Made by a program: the position numbers and the translations under genes. DNA of 64,000 bases from Gammaproteobacteria bacterium (GTDB lineage: Bacteria; Pseudomonadota; Gammaproteobacteria; Ga0077536). The stretch covers positions 50,189 through 114,188 of the forward strand of contig DAOKZI010000007.1 in assembly GCA_035325705.1 (NCBI GenBank). Reading direction: 5' to 3'. Below are positions 8,861 through 17,506 of the stretch, piece after piece. The notes below the pieces were generated by a model. The model was not told the DNA's origin. It saw nothing but the letters and a program-made list of their open reading frames with translations, and ran no database searches. Numbering within the stretch: the stretch's first letter is position 1; the number at the start of each line of letters is the position of its first letter.

Positions 8861-9640
8861 TCACTGCGCCTGCTGGCGACCGCGTTCGAGCACGGCGCGC
8901 CGCCGCGCCTCGACCGCCAGCGGCGAGACCGTCGCGTTGAACTGGAGCGCGGTGCGCGCTTCCAGCGCCATCGCCTCGCCGAAGCTCAGCGCATAGCCCT
9001 CGTCGATGACGCGCTTGTAGCCGATCAGCATGGCCGGATCGAGGCTCAGCATGTCCTGCGCGAGGGCGAGGCAGGTCGGTAGCAGGGCCTCCGGCGCGAC
9101 GACGCGATTCACCAGCCCCCAGCGCTCGGCAGTCGCAGCGTCGATGAAGTTGCCGGTCAGGCTCATCTCCTTCGCGCGGCCGAGGCCGATCAGGCGCGAC
9201 AGCTTCTGGCTCAAGCCCCAGGCCGGGTGCACGCCGACGCGGCCGTGGGTGTCGGCGAAGCGGGCGGCGGTCGAGGCGACCAGCAGATCGCAGCCCAACG
9301 CGAGCTCGAATCCGCCGGTGACGGCGGCACCGTTGATCGCGCCGATGATCGGCCCGCGGAAGGCCGCCATCGCCGCGGTCGGATCGTAGGCGGGATCGCG
9401 CGGCCGGCCGACCTGCGATTCACCGCTGCCGAGCTCGCGCAGATCGATCCCGGCGCAGAACGCGCGGCCGGCGCCGGTCAAGACGACGACGCGCGTCTCA
9501 CCGTCCTCGTCCAGGTCGCGGAAGGCCGTCGCGATGCGCGCCCGCAGCGCGCGATTCAGCGCATTGAGGCTCGCGGGGCGGTTGAGCGTGAGGGTCGCGA
9601 CGCCGGCAGCGCGCTCGATCGAAAGTAGGTCGTCGGTCAT
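8861..9640 (-). CDS. Enoyl-CoA hydratase/isomerase (crotonase family)
   Basis: MTDDLLSIERAAGVATLTLNRP...LTGAGRAFCAGIDL...GGFELALGCD. The longer 548-aa ORF extension is antisense to mtgA and is rejected. Confidence 0.8.
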   Translation of the reverse strand: MTDDLLSIERAAGVATLTLNRPASLNALNRALRARIATAFRDLDEDGETRVVVLTGAGRAFCAGIDLRELGSGESQVGRPRDPAYDPTAAMAAFRGPIIGAINGAAVTGGFELALGCDLLVASTAARFADTHGRVGVHPAWGLSQKLSRLIGLGRAKEMSLTGNFIDAATAERWGLVNRVVAPEALLPTCLALAQDMLSLDPAMLIGYKRVIDEGYALSFGEAMALEARTALQFNATVSPLAVEARRRAVLERGRQQAQ

Positions 9641-9715
9641 GGAGGCTCCGTTTGCAAGGTCGAGCATGCGATCATGCCATGCGAGCAGACGAGTCCGGCC
9701 TTTTCCGCGAGCCCC

Positions 9716-10504
9716 ATGAAGCGTAGCGAACCGCGCGCCCTGCGCATCGATCCCGATCCCGACGGCGAACGCCGCCGCGCGGCCCGCGCGCGGCTCGGTA
9801 TCGCCGGGCAGGGCGGCGAGGCGCGCAGGCGCGCGAGCGTCGGCCGCCTGCTCGTGCTCGGCCTGCTCGCCCTGCTGTTCGCGAGCGTCGCATGGGTCGC
9901 CGCGCTGCGCGTCGTCGATCCGCCGTGGAGCGCGCTGATGCTCGGCGAATGGCTGGCCGCGGTGCGCGCCGGCGAGCGCGGCTTCACGCTCGAACGTGAA
10001 TGGCGGCCCGCGTCGGCCATCTCGCCGCTGCTCGCGCGCGCCGTCGTCGCGGCCGAGGATCAGCGCTTCCACCGCCATCACGGCTTCGATTTCGCGGCGA
10101 TCGAGGCGGCGCTCGCGACGCACGAGGCCGGCGGCCCGCTGCGCGGCGCGAGCACGATCACGCAGCAGGTCGCCAAGAACCTGTTTCTGTGGCGCGGCCG
10201 GCACTGGCTGCGCAAGGGGCTCGAAGCCTGGTTCACGATCTGGATCGAGCTGCTGTGGCCGAAGGCCCGCATCCTCGAGGTCTACTTGAACGTCGCGCAG
10301 TTCGGGCGCGGCGTCTATGGCGCGGAAGCGGCGAGCAGGCGCTACTTCGGCCGCCCCGCGCGCGAGCTCGACGCCGCGCAGGCCGCCCTGCTCGCGGCCG
10401 CGCTGCCGAATCCGCTGCGCCATCGGGTCGAGGCGCCGGACGAGCGCATGCGCCGGCGGCAGCAGTGGATCCTGCGCCAGATGCGCCTGGCCGGCGGCCT
10501 CTAG
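9716..10504 (+). CDS. mtgA: Monofunctional biosynthetic peptidoglycan transglycosylase
   Basis: AAEDQRFHRHHGFD...GASTITQQVAKNLFLW...LEAWFTIWIELLWPKARILEVYLNVAQFG...LAAALPNPLR. N-terminal TM helix. An alternative ATG lies at 9674. Confidence 0.8.
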   Translation: MKRSEPRALRIDPDPDGERRRAARARLGIAGQGGEARRRASVGRLLVLGLLALLFASVAWVAALRVVDPPWSALMLGEWLAAVRAGERGFTLEREWRPASAISPLLARAVVAAEDQRFHRHHGFDFAAIEAALATHEAGGPLRGASTITQQVAKNLFLWRGRHWLRKGLEAWFTIWIELLWPKARILEVYLNVAQFGRGVYGAEAASRRYFGRPARELDAAQAALLAAALPNPLRHRVEAPDERMRRRQQWILRQMRLAGGL

Positions 10505-10584
10505 CACGCCTTGAATCGCGGGCGCCGCGCGCCGACACTGCGCCGAACCTATGACAAACGCGGATCGCGCGGGGAGGGGGAAAG

Positions 10585-10977
10585 ATGAGTCTCGAAGACA
10601 ACAAGCAGGTGGTGCGTCGCTTCTGGGACGCGTTCTCGAACAAGCGGCTGCAGGACGCCTTCGATCTGCTGGCCGACGACGCGACCTGGTGGATCGGCGG
10701 CGAGCTGTCGATTTCGGGGACCTACACCAAGGCCAGATTCGTCGCGCTGGCGAACGGCATCCTCACCGAGTTTCCGGACGGCGTACGCGTGACGCCGACG
10801 GTGATGACGGCCGAAGACGATCGCGTCGCGATGGAAGCGACGTCCTACGGCGAGCGCATCAACGGCCGCGTCTACCAGAACCACTACCACTTCCAGCACG
10901 TGCTCCGCGACGGCAAGCTGCTCGCGGTGCGCGAATATCTCGACACCGATCACGCGAACCGCATACTGCTGCTCTGA
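10585..10977 (+). CDS. SnoaL-like / NTF2-like (ketosteroid-isomerase fold) protein
   Basis: RBS GGGGAGGGGGAAAG upstream. 130 aa with RRFWDAF...WW.GGE pattern. Confidence 0.65.
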   Translation: MSLEDNKQVVRRFWDAFSNKRLQDAFDLLADDATWWIGGELSISGTYTKARFVALANGILTEFPDGVRVTPTVMTAEDDRVAMEATSYGERINGRVYQNHYHFQHVLRDGKLLAVREYLDTDHANRILLL

Positions 10978-10990
10978 GCTGCCTACGCGA

Positions 10991-11088
10991 TTCGTAGCCC
11001 GAGTGCAGCGGAGCGGAACCCGGGATCTTCCGCGTTTGACGATGCCGAAACCCCGGGTTGCGCGCTACGCGCTCCTTCCGGGCTACGA
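10991..11088. repeat. REP-like palindromic element (type A/B hybrid arms)
   Basis: CGTAGCCCGAGTGCAGCGGAGCGGAACCCGGGATC ... CCCCGGGTTGCGCGCTACGCGCTCCTTCCGGGCTACGA. Confidence 0.8.
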
Positions 11089-11098
11089 GATCCTCATC

Positions 11099-11137
11099 AC
11101 GTAGCCCGGAAGGAGCGCGTAGCGCGGAATCCGGGAA
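11099..11137. repeat. REP-like type-B hairpin
   Basis: GTAGCCCGGAAGGAGCGCGTAGCGCGGAATCCGGGA. Confidence 0.7.
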
Positions 11138-11164
11138 GTCGATGGCTGCGCGCCGCGCTTCCTC

Positions 11165-12220
11165 TCAGCGCAGCGACGCGTTCAACTTCTCGAGCTGCGC
11201 CGCGCCCGGGCAAAGCTCGGCCTCGCCGAGCTGATTGAAGGGCGTCGCGACGGTATTGAGATTCTCGTGCATGTCGCGGGACTCGGGATCGTAGTAGAGC
11301 AGACCCGTCACGACCTCGCCCTGCGCCTGGTGCATCTGGATGTGGTTCATCGCCGCGACCTTGTCGGTCGGGTCGTATTCCGGCCGCACCTTGTACAGCC
11401 GCAGCCAGGTGCCGTCGTGCTGCCGGACGTCGATCGTCGAGCCCGCCGCATAGTCCGCCGTGATTTCGCGCCGGCCCTGGATGAAATCGAGGCGGTTCAC
11501 CGCCTCGTTGTGCTCGCGCACGTAGTCGTAGCTCTTGGTGCTGCCGGCATGGTTGTTGAAGGCCACGCAGGGGCTGACGACGTCGATGAAGGCCGCGCCG
11601 TGGTGCGTGATCGCGGCCTTGATCAGCGGCACGAGCTGCTGCTTGTCGCCGGAGAAGCTGCGCGCGACGAAGCTCGCGCCCATGAGGATCGCGAGCGACA
11701 CGGTGTCGATCGGCGAGTCGGTGTTCGCGACGCCGCGCTTCGACGCCGAGCCCTTGTCGGCGGTCGCCGAGAACTGGCCCTTGGTAAGGCCGTAGACGCC
11801 GTTGTTCTCGAGCAGATAGACCATGTCGACGCCGCGGCGCATCGCGTGCGCGAACTGGCCGAGGCCGATCGAGGCCGAGTCGCCGTCGCCCGACACGCCG
11901 AAATAGAGCAGCTCGCGGTTCGCGAGGTTCGCGCCCGTCGCGACCGAGGGCATGCGGCCGTGCACCGTGTTGAAGCCGTGCGAGTTGCCGAGGAAGTAGT
12001 CCGGCGTCTTCGACGAGCAGCCGATGCCGGACAGCTTGGCGACGCGGTGCGGTTCGATGTTCATCTCCCAGCAGGCCTGGATCACGGCCGCCGAGATCGA
12101 GTCGTGGCCGCAGCCGGCGCACAGCGTCGAGATCTTGCCCTCGTAGTCGCGCCGCGTGAAGCCGACGGCGTTGCGCTGCAGGGCCGGGTGGTGGAGCTTG
12201 GGTTTCGCGATGTAGGTCAT
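11165..12220 (-). CDS. korB: 2-oxoglutarate:ferredoxin oxidoreductase beta subunit (TPP-binding)
   Basis: MTYIAKPKLHHPAL...CAGCGHDS...GIGCSSK...GDGD. Start lies 1 nt after the korA stop. Confidence 0.9.
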   Translation of the reverse strand: MTYIAKPKLHHPALQRNAVGFTRRDYEGKISTLCAGCGHDSISAAVIQACWEMNIEPHRVAKLSGIGCSSKTPDYFLGNSHGFNTVHGRMPSVATGANLANRELLYFGVSGDGDSASIGLGQFAHAMRRGVDMVYLLENNGVYGLTKGQFSATADKGSASKRGVANTDSPIDTVSLAILMGASFVARSFSGDKQQLVPLIKAAITHHGAAFIDVVSPCVAFNNHAGSTKSYDYVREHNEAVNRLDFIQGRREITADYAAGSTIDVRQHDGTWLRLYKVRPEYDPTDKVAAMNHIQMHQAQGEVVTGLLYYDPESRDMHENLNTVATPFNQLGEAELCPGAAQLEKLNASLR

Positions 12221-12221
12221 C

Positions 12222-14069
12222 TCAGGCCACCTTGTCCTGGCGCAGCGTCTGTCCATCGAGTGCGCGCGTCAGCTCGTCGATCTCGCGCGTGATGAAGCGG
12301 GCGGTGATCGGCGTGCCGTCGAAGTGCAGCAGCGGGATCAGCCGCGCGGGGTCTATGCCCAGCTCGTTGACGAGCAGCGTACGGAGCTGGCCGTCGCGGT
12401 TCTGCTCGATGATGAACACGTGCTCATGATTCAGGATGAAGTCGTTGACCGCTTCGCTGAACGGAAAGGCACGCACGCGCAGCATGTCGATGTGCTTGCC
12501 GCTCGCCTCGCAGCTCGCGAAGGCTTCCTGCATCGCCGGGCTCGTCGAGCCGTAGTAGATCGCGCCGAAGCGCGTGGGCTTCGACGCCGTGCTCAGCAGC
12601 GGCTGGGGCACGAGGTCCTTCGCCGTCTCGAACTTCCGCAGCAGGCGCTGCACGTTGTAGACGTAGTCCGGCCCCCGCTCGGAGTACGAGGCGTAGGCGT
12701 TCTTGGTCGTGCCGCGCGTGAAGTAGCTGCCCTTGCTCGGATGCGTCCCGGGATAGGTACGGTAAGGAATGCCGTCACCGTCGACGTCGAGATAGCGGCC
12801 GAACTCGCGACCCGCATCGAGCATTTCCGCGGTCATCACCTTGCCGCGATCGTAGCGGCGCGCATCATCCCAGGTGAAGGGCGCGGTCAGGCGCTGGTTC
12901 ATGCCGATGTCGAGATCGGTCATCACGAATACCGGCGTCTGCAGCCGGTCCGCGAGATCGAGCGCCGCCGCCGTGTGCTCGAAGCACTCGTTCGGATCCT
13001 CGGGGAACAGCAGCACGTGCTTGGTGTCGCCGTGCGAGGCGTAGGCACAGGCGAGGACGTCCGCCTGCTGCGTGCGGGTCGGCATGCCGGTCGACGGGCC
13101 GCCGCGCTGCACGTTGATGATGGTCATCGGGATCTCGGCGAAGTAGGCAAGGCCGATGAACTCCGTCATCAGCGATACGCCGGGGCCCGAGGTCGCGGTG
13201 AAGGCGCGCGCGCCGTTCCAGCCGGCACCGATCACCATGCCGATCGAGGCGAGCTCGTCCTCGGCCTGCACGATCGCGAATTTGTGCCGGCCGGTCGCCT
13301 CGTCGACGCGATACTTCGCGCAGTAGCGCTGGAAAGCCTCGGCGACCGAGGAGGACGGCGTGATCGGATACCAGGCGCACACCGAGGCGCCGCCGTAGAC
13401 CGCGCCCAGCGCCGCGGCGCTGTTGCCGTCGATGAAGATGCGATCGCCGACCTTGTCGGCGCGCTGCACGCGCAGGCCTATCGGATGCGCGAGATGCGCC
13501 GTCGCATAGTCGCGGCCGAGGTCCAGCGCATCGAGGTTCGGCTGCAGCAGCTTTTCCTTGCCCTTGTACTGCTCGGCGATCAGCTTGGCGATGGCCTCGG
13601 CGTCGATCTCGAGCAGCACGGACAGCGCGCCGATGTAGATGATGTTCTTGAAGAGCTGGCGCTGCCGCGGCTCGCTGTAGCTGCGGTTGCAGAGCTCGGT
13701 CAAGGGCATGCCGATGACGTGGACGTCGTCGCGGAACTTCGAGGCCGGCAGCGGCTTGGAATTGTCGTAGAACAGGTAGCCGCCGGGCTCGATTTCCTTG
13801 AGGTCGGCGTCCCAGGTCTGCGGGTTCATCGCCACCATCATGTCGACGCCGCCGCGCCGGCCCAGCCAGCCCTGCTCGTTGACGCGCACCTCGTACCAGG
13901 TCGGCAGGCCCTGGATGTTCGAGGGGAAGATGTTGCGCGGGCTGACCGGCACGCCCATGCGCAGGATCGCCTTGGCGAACAGCTCGTTCGCCGACGCCGA
14001 GCCCGAGCCGTTGATGTTCGCGAACTTGATGACGAAATCGTTGATCGCGGTGATCCGGGGCTGCGTCAC
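12222..14069 (-). CDS. korA: 2-oxoglutarate:ferredoxin oxidoreductase alpha subunit
   Basis: 615 aa, (V)TQPRITAINDFVIKFANINGSGSASANELFAKAI... GTG start overlaps the upstream stop (GTGA). Confidence 0.9.
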   Translation of the reverse strand: MTQPRITAINDFVIKFANINGSGSASANELFAKAILRMGVPVSPRNIFPSNIQGLPTWYEVRVNEQGWLGRRGGVDMMVAMNPQTWDADLKEIEPGGYLFYDNSKPLPASKFRDDVHVIGMPLTELCNRSYSEPRQRQLFKNIIYIGALSVLLEIDAEAIAKLIAEQYKGKEKLLQPNLDALDLGRDYATAHLAHPIGLRVQRADKVGDRIFIDGNSAAALGAVYGGASVCAWYPITPSSSVAEAFQRYCAKYRVDEATGRHKFAIVQAEDELASIGMVIGAGWNGARAFTATSGPGVSLMTEFIGLAYFAEIPMTIINVQRGGPSTGMPTRTQQADVLACAYASHGDTKHVLLFPEDPNECFEHTAAALDLADRLQTPVFVMTDLDIGMNQRLTAPFTWDDARRYDRGKVMTAEMLDAGREFGRYLDVDGDGIPYRTYPGTHPSKGSYFTRGTTKNAYASYSERGPDYVYNVQRLLRKFETAKDLVPQPLLSTASKPTRFGAIYYGSTSPAMQEAFASCEASGKHIDMLRVRAFPFSEAVNDFILNHEHVFIIEQNRDGQLRTLLVNELGIDPARLIPLLHFDGTPITARFITREIDELTRALDGQTLRQDKVA

Positions 14070-15892
14070 GCGGCATTCCTCGTCGCTTGGCGGGGCGCGC
14101 AGGCCGGGCCCGCGTGCGTCATCTGCAACAGGAACTTCTGCATGTCCCAGGCGCCCGTCGGGCAGCGCTCGGCGCACAGGCCGCAGTGCAGGCACACGTC
14201 CTCGTCCTTGGCCATGATTCGGCCCGTCTTCAGCGGGTCGGATACGTACAGGTCCTGGGCGGTGTTGAGCGCGGGCGCCTTCAGCCGCTGCCGCAGCTCC
14301 GCTTCCTCGCCGTCGGCCGTGAAGCTGATGCAGTCCATCGGGCAGATGTCGACGCAGGCGTCGCACTCGATGCAAGTCTTCGCATTGAAGACGGTCTGCA
14401 CGTCGCAGTTCAGGCAGCGCTCGGCTTCCTTGTATGCGGTCATCGGATCGAAGCCGAGCTCGACTTCGACCTTGATGCTCTTCAGCGTCGTCTCGGCCTT
14501 GGCCCAGGGCACGACGTAGCGTTTGTCGTTCGACACGTCGTTGTCGTAGCTCCACTCGTGGATGCCCATTTTCTGGGAGACGAGGTTCACCTGCGGCGGC
14601 GGGCGATCCAGGACGTCCTCGCCGCCGAGATACTTGTGAATCGAAATCGCCGCGTCGTGGCCGTGCGCGACGGCCCAGATGATGTTCTTGGGGCCGAACG
14701 CGGCGTCGCCGCCGAAGAACACGTTCGGGAGCGTCGACTGCAGCGACTTCTCGTTCAGCACCGGCAGGCCCCACTTGTCGAACTCGAGGCCCAGATCGCG
14801 CTCGATCCACGGAAAAGCGTTCTCCTGGCCGACGGCGATCAACACGTCGTCGCAGGCGTGGAATTCGTCGGGCTCGCCGGTCGGTACCAGATTGCGGCGG
14901 CCCTTCGCGTCGTACTCGGCCTTGACCTTCTCGAAGCTCATGCCGGCGAGGCGGCCGTTCTCGTGCACGAAGGCCTTGGGCACGAGGTAGTTGAGGATCG
15001 GGATGCCTTCGTGCATCGCGTCCTCCTTCTCCCACGGCGACGCCTTCATCTCCTCGAAGCCGGAGCGGACGATGACCTTGACGTCTTCGCCGCCGAGGCG
15101 CTTCGAGGACCGGCAGCAGTCCATCGCGGTGTTGCCGCCGCCGAGGACGATGACGCGCTTGCCGATGCTGTCGATGTGGCCGAAGGACACGGACGACAGC
15201 CAATCGATGCCGATGTGGATGTTCGCCGCCGCTTCACGGCGCCCGGGGATGTCGAGATCGCGGCCGCGCGGCGCGCCGCAGCCGACGAATACCGCGTCAT
15301 AGCCCTCGGCGAGGAGCCCGCGCAGCGAGTCGATGCGCGTGTTGCCGCGGAACTCGACGCCGAGATCGAGGATGTAGCCCGTCTCCTCGTCGATCACGGA
15401 TTCCGGCAGGCGGAAGCGCGGCACCTGGGTGCGCATGAAGCCGCCGGGTTTCGGATCGCCGTCGAACACGGTGACCGCATAGCCGAGCGGCGCGAGATCG
15501 CGCGCGACGGTCAGCGCGGCCGGCCCGGCGCCGACGCAGGCGACGCGCTTGCCGTTGCGCTGTGCCGCGGGTTTCGGCATACGGCCGGCGACGTCGCCCT
15601 TGTGATCGGCGGCGACGCGCTTCAGGCGGCAAATCGCGACCGGCTCGGGCTTCTCCGCGTTTTTTTCCTCGACGCGGCCGCGCCGGCAGGCCGGTTCGCA
15701 GGGCCGATCGCAGGTGCGGCCGAGGATGCCGGGGAAGACGTTCGACTTCCAGTTGACCATGTACGCATCGGCGTAGCGGCCGGCGGCGATGAGTCGAATG
15801 TATTCAGGGACGGGTGTGTGGGCCGGGCAGGCCCACTGACAGTCGACTACCCGGTGGAAGTAGTCGGGATTGTGGATCTCGGTGGCGCGCAA
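14066..15892 (-). CDS. GltD-like NAD(P)H-dependent FAD oxidoreductase fused to two 4Fe-4S ferredoxin domains
   Basis: N-terminal Cys cluster CQWACPAH...CDRPCEPAC. FAD/NAD Rossmann motifs VACVGAGPAAL and VIVLGGGNTAMD. C-terminal CLNCD...CIECDACVDICP and CLHCGLCAERCP. TTG start. Confidence 0.8.
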   Translation of the reverse strand: MRATEIHNPDYFHRVVDCQWACPAHTPVPEYIRLIAAGRYADAYMVNWKSNVFPGILGRTCDRPCEPACRRGRVEEKNAEKPEPVAICRLKRVAADHKGDVAGRMPKPAAQRNGKRVACVGAGPAALTVARDLAPLGYAVTVFDGDPKPGGFMRTQVPRFRLPESVIDEETGYILDLGVEFRGNTRIDSLRGLLAEGYDAVFVGCGAPRGRDLDIPGRREAAANIHIGIDWLSSVSFGHIDSIGKRVIVLGGGNTAMDCCRSSKRLGGEDVKVIVRSGFEEMKASPWEKEDAMHEGIPILNYLVPKAFVHENGRLAGMSFEKVKAEYDAKGRRNLVPTGEPDEFHACDDVLIAVGQENAFPWIERDLGLEFDKWGLPVLNEKSLQSTLPNVFFGGDAAFGPKNIIWAVAHGHDAAISIHKYLGGEDVLDRPPPQVNLVSQKMGIHEWSYDNDVSNDKRYVVPWAKAETTLKSIKVEVELGFDPMTAYKEAERCLNCDVQTVFNAKTCIECDACVDICPMDCISFTADGEEAELRQRLKAPALNTAQDLYVSDPLKTGRIMAKDEDVCLHCGLCAERCPTGAWDMQKFLLQMTHAGPACAPRQATRNAA

Positions 15893-16174
15893 AGCCTCTA
15901 ACCTCAGCCGGTCTAGGGGACTGTAAGTCGTTTACGCCGAACAGCTTTCGGACGCGTCGAAAGTGTACTGGCAGAGCCTGGCGTATGGAAGGCGGTGGGA
16001 CTCGCCCGACGCCCGTCGCCGGCCCCGATGCGGCACTGCATTTGCTGTATTGCGACATGCCGGATCGGGCGCCGATTGCATACAAGTCGGCCTCACCTGG
16101 CCGCGCGTGGCGCTGGCGCAAGTTGGCGTGCGGCTCTCTACAATGCGGCGACATCCAGCACCAGGGGAGCTCGC

Positions 16175-17155
16175 ATGGCCTTGACCAAAATCCAGACGAC
16201 GACCGGGACCGCAACGCCCGCCGAACTCGGCCGCACGCTCGTGCACGAACACGTGATGGTCGGGTTTCCGGGCTGGGAACTCGATGCAAAGGCGCCGAAA
16301 TTCATGCGCGCCGAGGCGATGGCGCGCGCCGTCGATCAGATGCACGAGCTGCAAGCGCATGGCGTCGGCACCTTCGTCGATCCTTGCCCGATGGATCTCG
16401 GCCGCGACGCCGCGTTCCTCGCCGAGCTGTCGCAGAAGAGCGGCATGCGCATCGTCTGCACCACCGGCGCCTATTTCGAGGCCGAGGGCAACACCTACAC
16501 CTTCCGCCATCTGCCGCTCGAGGAGATCACCGACATCTACGTGAAGGAGATCGAAGAGGGCATCGGCGACACCGGCATCAAGGCCGGTGCGATCAAGATC
16601 GCGACCGGCGCGCCGACCGTCTCCGACTATGAGCGCAAGCTCGTCACCGCCGCCGCGCGCGCCGCGAAGATCACGGGCGTGCCGCTGATCTCGCATACGC
16701 AGAACGGCTGCTGCGGCCACGATCAGATCGACATCGTCACCGGTGAAGGCGTGCCGGCCGGCCAGCTCCTCGTCGGGCATTCGGACGGCGTCGACGATCA
16801 CGCGTATCACAAGTCGCTTGCCGAGCGCGGCGCCTACGTCGGCTTCGATCGCTTCGGCATCTCGCTGTTCCAGCCGGACGAGGTGCGCATTGCCAACGTG
16901 ATGAAGCTCGCCGCCGCCGGTCATCTCGAGCGCGTGCTGGTGTCGCACGATTCGATCGTCTGCTGGCTGGGGCGGCCGGTGCCCTATGCGAACACTTTCG
17001 AGGCGATGCTGGAGATGCTGCCCGACTGGCGCTCGACGCACATCTTCAAGAAGATCGTGCCGGCGCTGCGCGAGCGCGGCATGTCCGAACGCGACATCGA
17101 GACCATCCTCGTCGACAACCCGCGACGCCTGTTCGCGGCGGGTCTCGCGGCCTGA
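16175..17155 (+). CDS. Phosphotriesterase-family (PTE/Php) metal-dependent hydrolase
   Basis: RBS GGGGAG. LVHEHV His pair, then downstream His/Asp metal ligands. 326 aa. Confidence 0.85.
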   Translation: MALTKIQTTTGTATPAELGRTLVHEHVMVGFPGWELDAKAPKFMRAEAMARAVDQMHELQAHGVGTFVDPCPMDLGRDAAFLAELSQKSGMRIVCTTGAYFEAEGNTYTFRHLPLEEITDIYVKEIEEGIGDTGIKAGAIKIATGAPTVSDYERKLVTAAARAAKITGVPLISHTQNGCCGHDQIDIVTGEGVPAGQLLVGHSDGVDDHAYHKSLAERGAYVGFDRFGISLFQPDEVRIANVMKLAAAGHLERVLVSHDSIVCWLGRPVPYANTFEAMLEMLPDWRSTHIFKKIVPALRERGMSERDIETILVDNPRRLFAAGLAA

Positions 17156-17240
17156 GCTGCGTCTCCCGGATTCCGCGCCGCTGCGCGGCGGAAGGAGCGC
17201 AGAGACCTAGGTTGCCGTGAAAGAATGCGCTCCTGTTCTC

Positions 17241-17400
17241 GTAGCCCGGGTGCAGCGTAGCGGAACCCGGGATCCGACATGCCCGATACGTGAAGGCTTT
17301 CGGCCCTGCTCGGCGCGCACCGCGCCGGGTCTTCTGGAGTGCACGAGACAACGGCGAGCGCCGATCCCGGGTTACGCGCTGCGCGCTCCACCCGGGCTAC
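17241..17400. repeat. Long (~160 bp) REP/MITE variant with a conserved ~95-bp core
   Basis: GTAGCCCGGGTGCAGCGTAGCGGAACCCGGGATC + core (CGACATGCCCGATACG...GAGCGCCG) + GATCCCGGGTTACGCGCTGCGCGCTCCACCCGGGCTAC. The same element occurs at 29012, 29352 and, inverted, at 59652. Confidence 0.85.
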
Positions 17401-17456
17401 AACTGCTACAAGAATGACGGAACACGCCGCGCGAGATCGAAGCGCCCTCTATCCAT

Positions 17457-17497
17457 TTTCTTCTCCGTGTTCTCTGTGTTCTCCGTGGCTCAATTCA
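17457..17497. repeat. Solo arm of the CACNGAGAACAC inverted-repeat MITE family
   Basis: TTCTCCGTGTTCTCTGTGTTCTCCGTGGCTCAATTCA matches the right TIR of the elements at 34663, 62806 and 63351. No left arm is present. Confidence 0.7.
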
Positions 17498-17506
17498 TTC
17501 GGCGCC

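Noticed and set aside
9641-10507. N-terminal 289-aa extension of the crotonase ORF (8861-10507)
   Set aside because: It is antisense to mtgA, which has unmistakable transglycosylase motifs. The crotonase domain begins at the Met at 9640.
12324-14519. 731-aa plus-strand ORF and 403-aa minus ORF (12865-14076) inside korA
   Set aside because: Antisense or out-of-frame to korA, which is conserved along its whole length.
14087-15901. 604-aa plus-strand ORF antisense to the GltD-like gene
   Set aside because: No motifs and R/A/G-rich. The minus-strand frame has Fe-S and Rossmann motifs.
16100-16174. Candidate sigma70 promoter (TTGGCG ... TACAAT) upstream of the phosphotriesterase gene
   Set aside because: Spacer between the hexamers is only ~10 bp, too weak to call.
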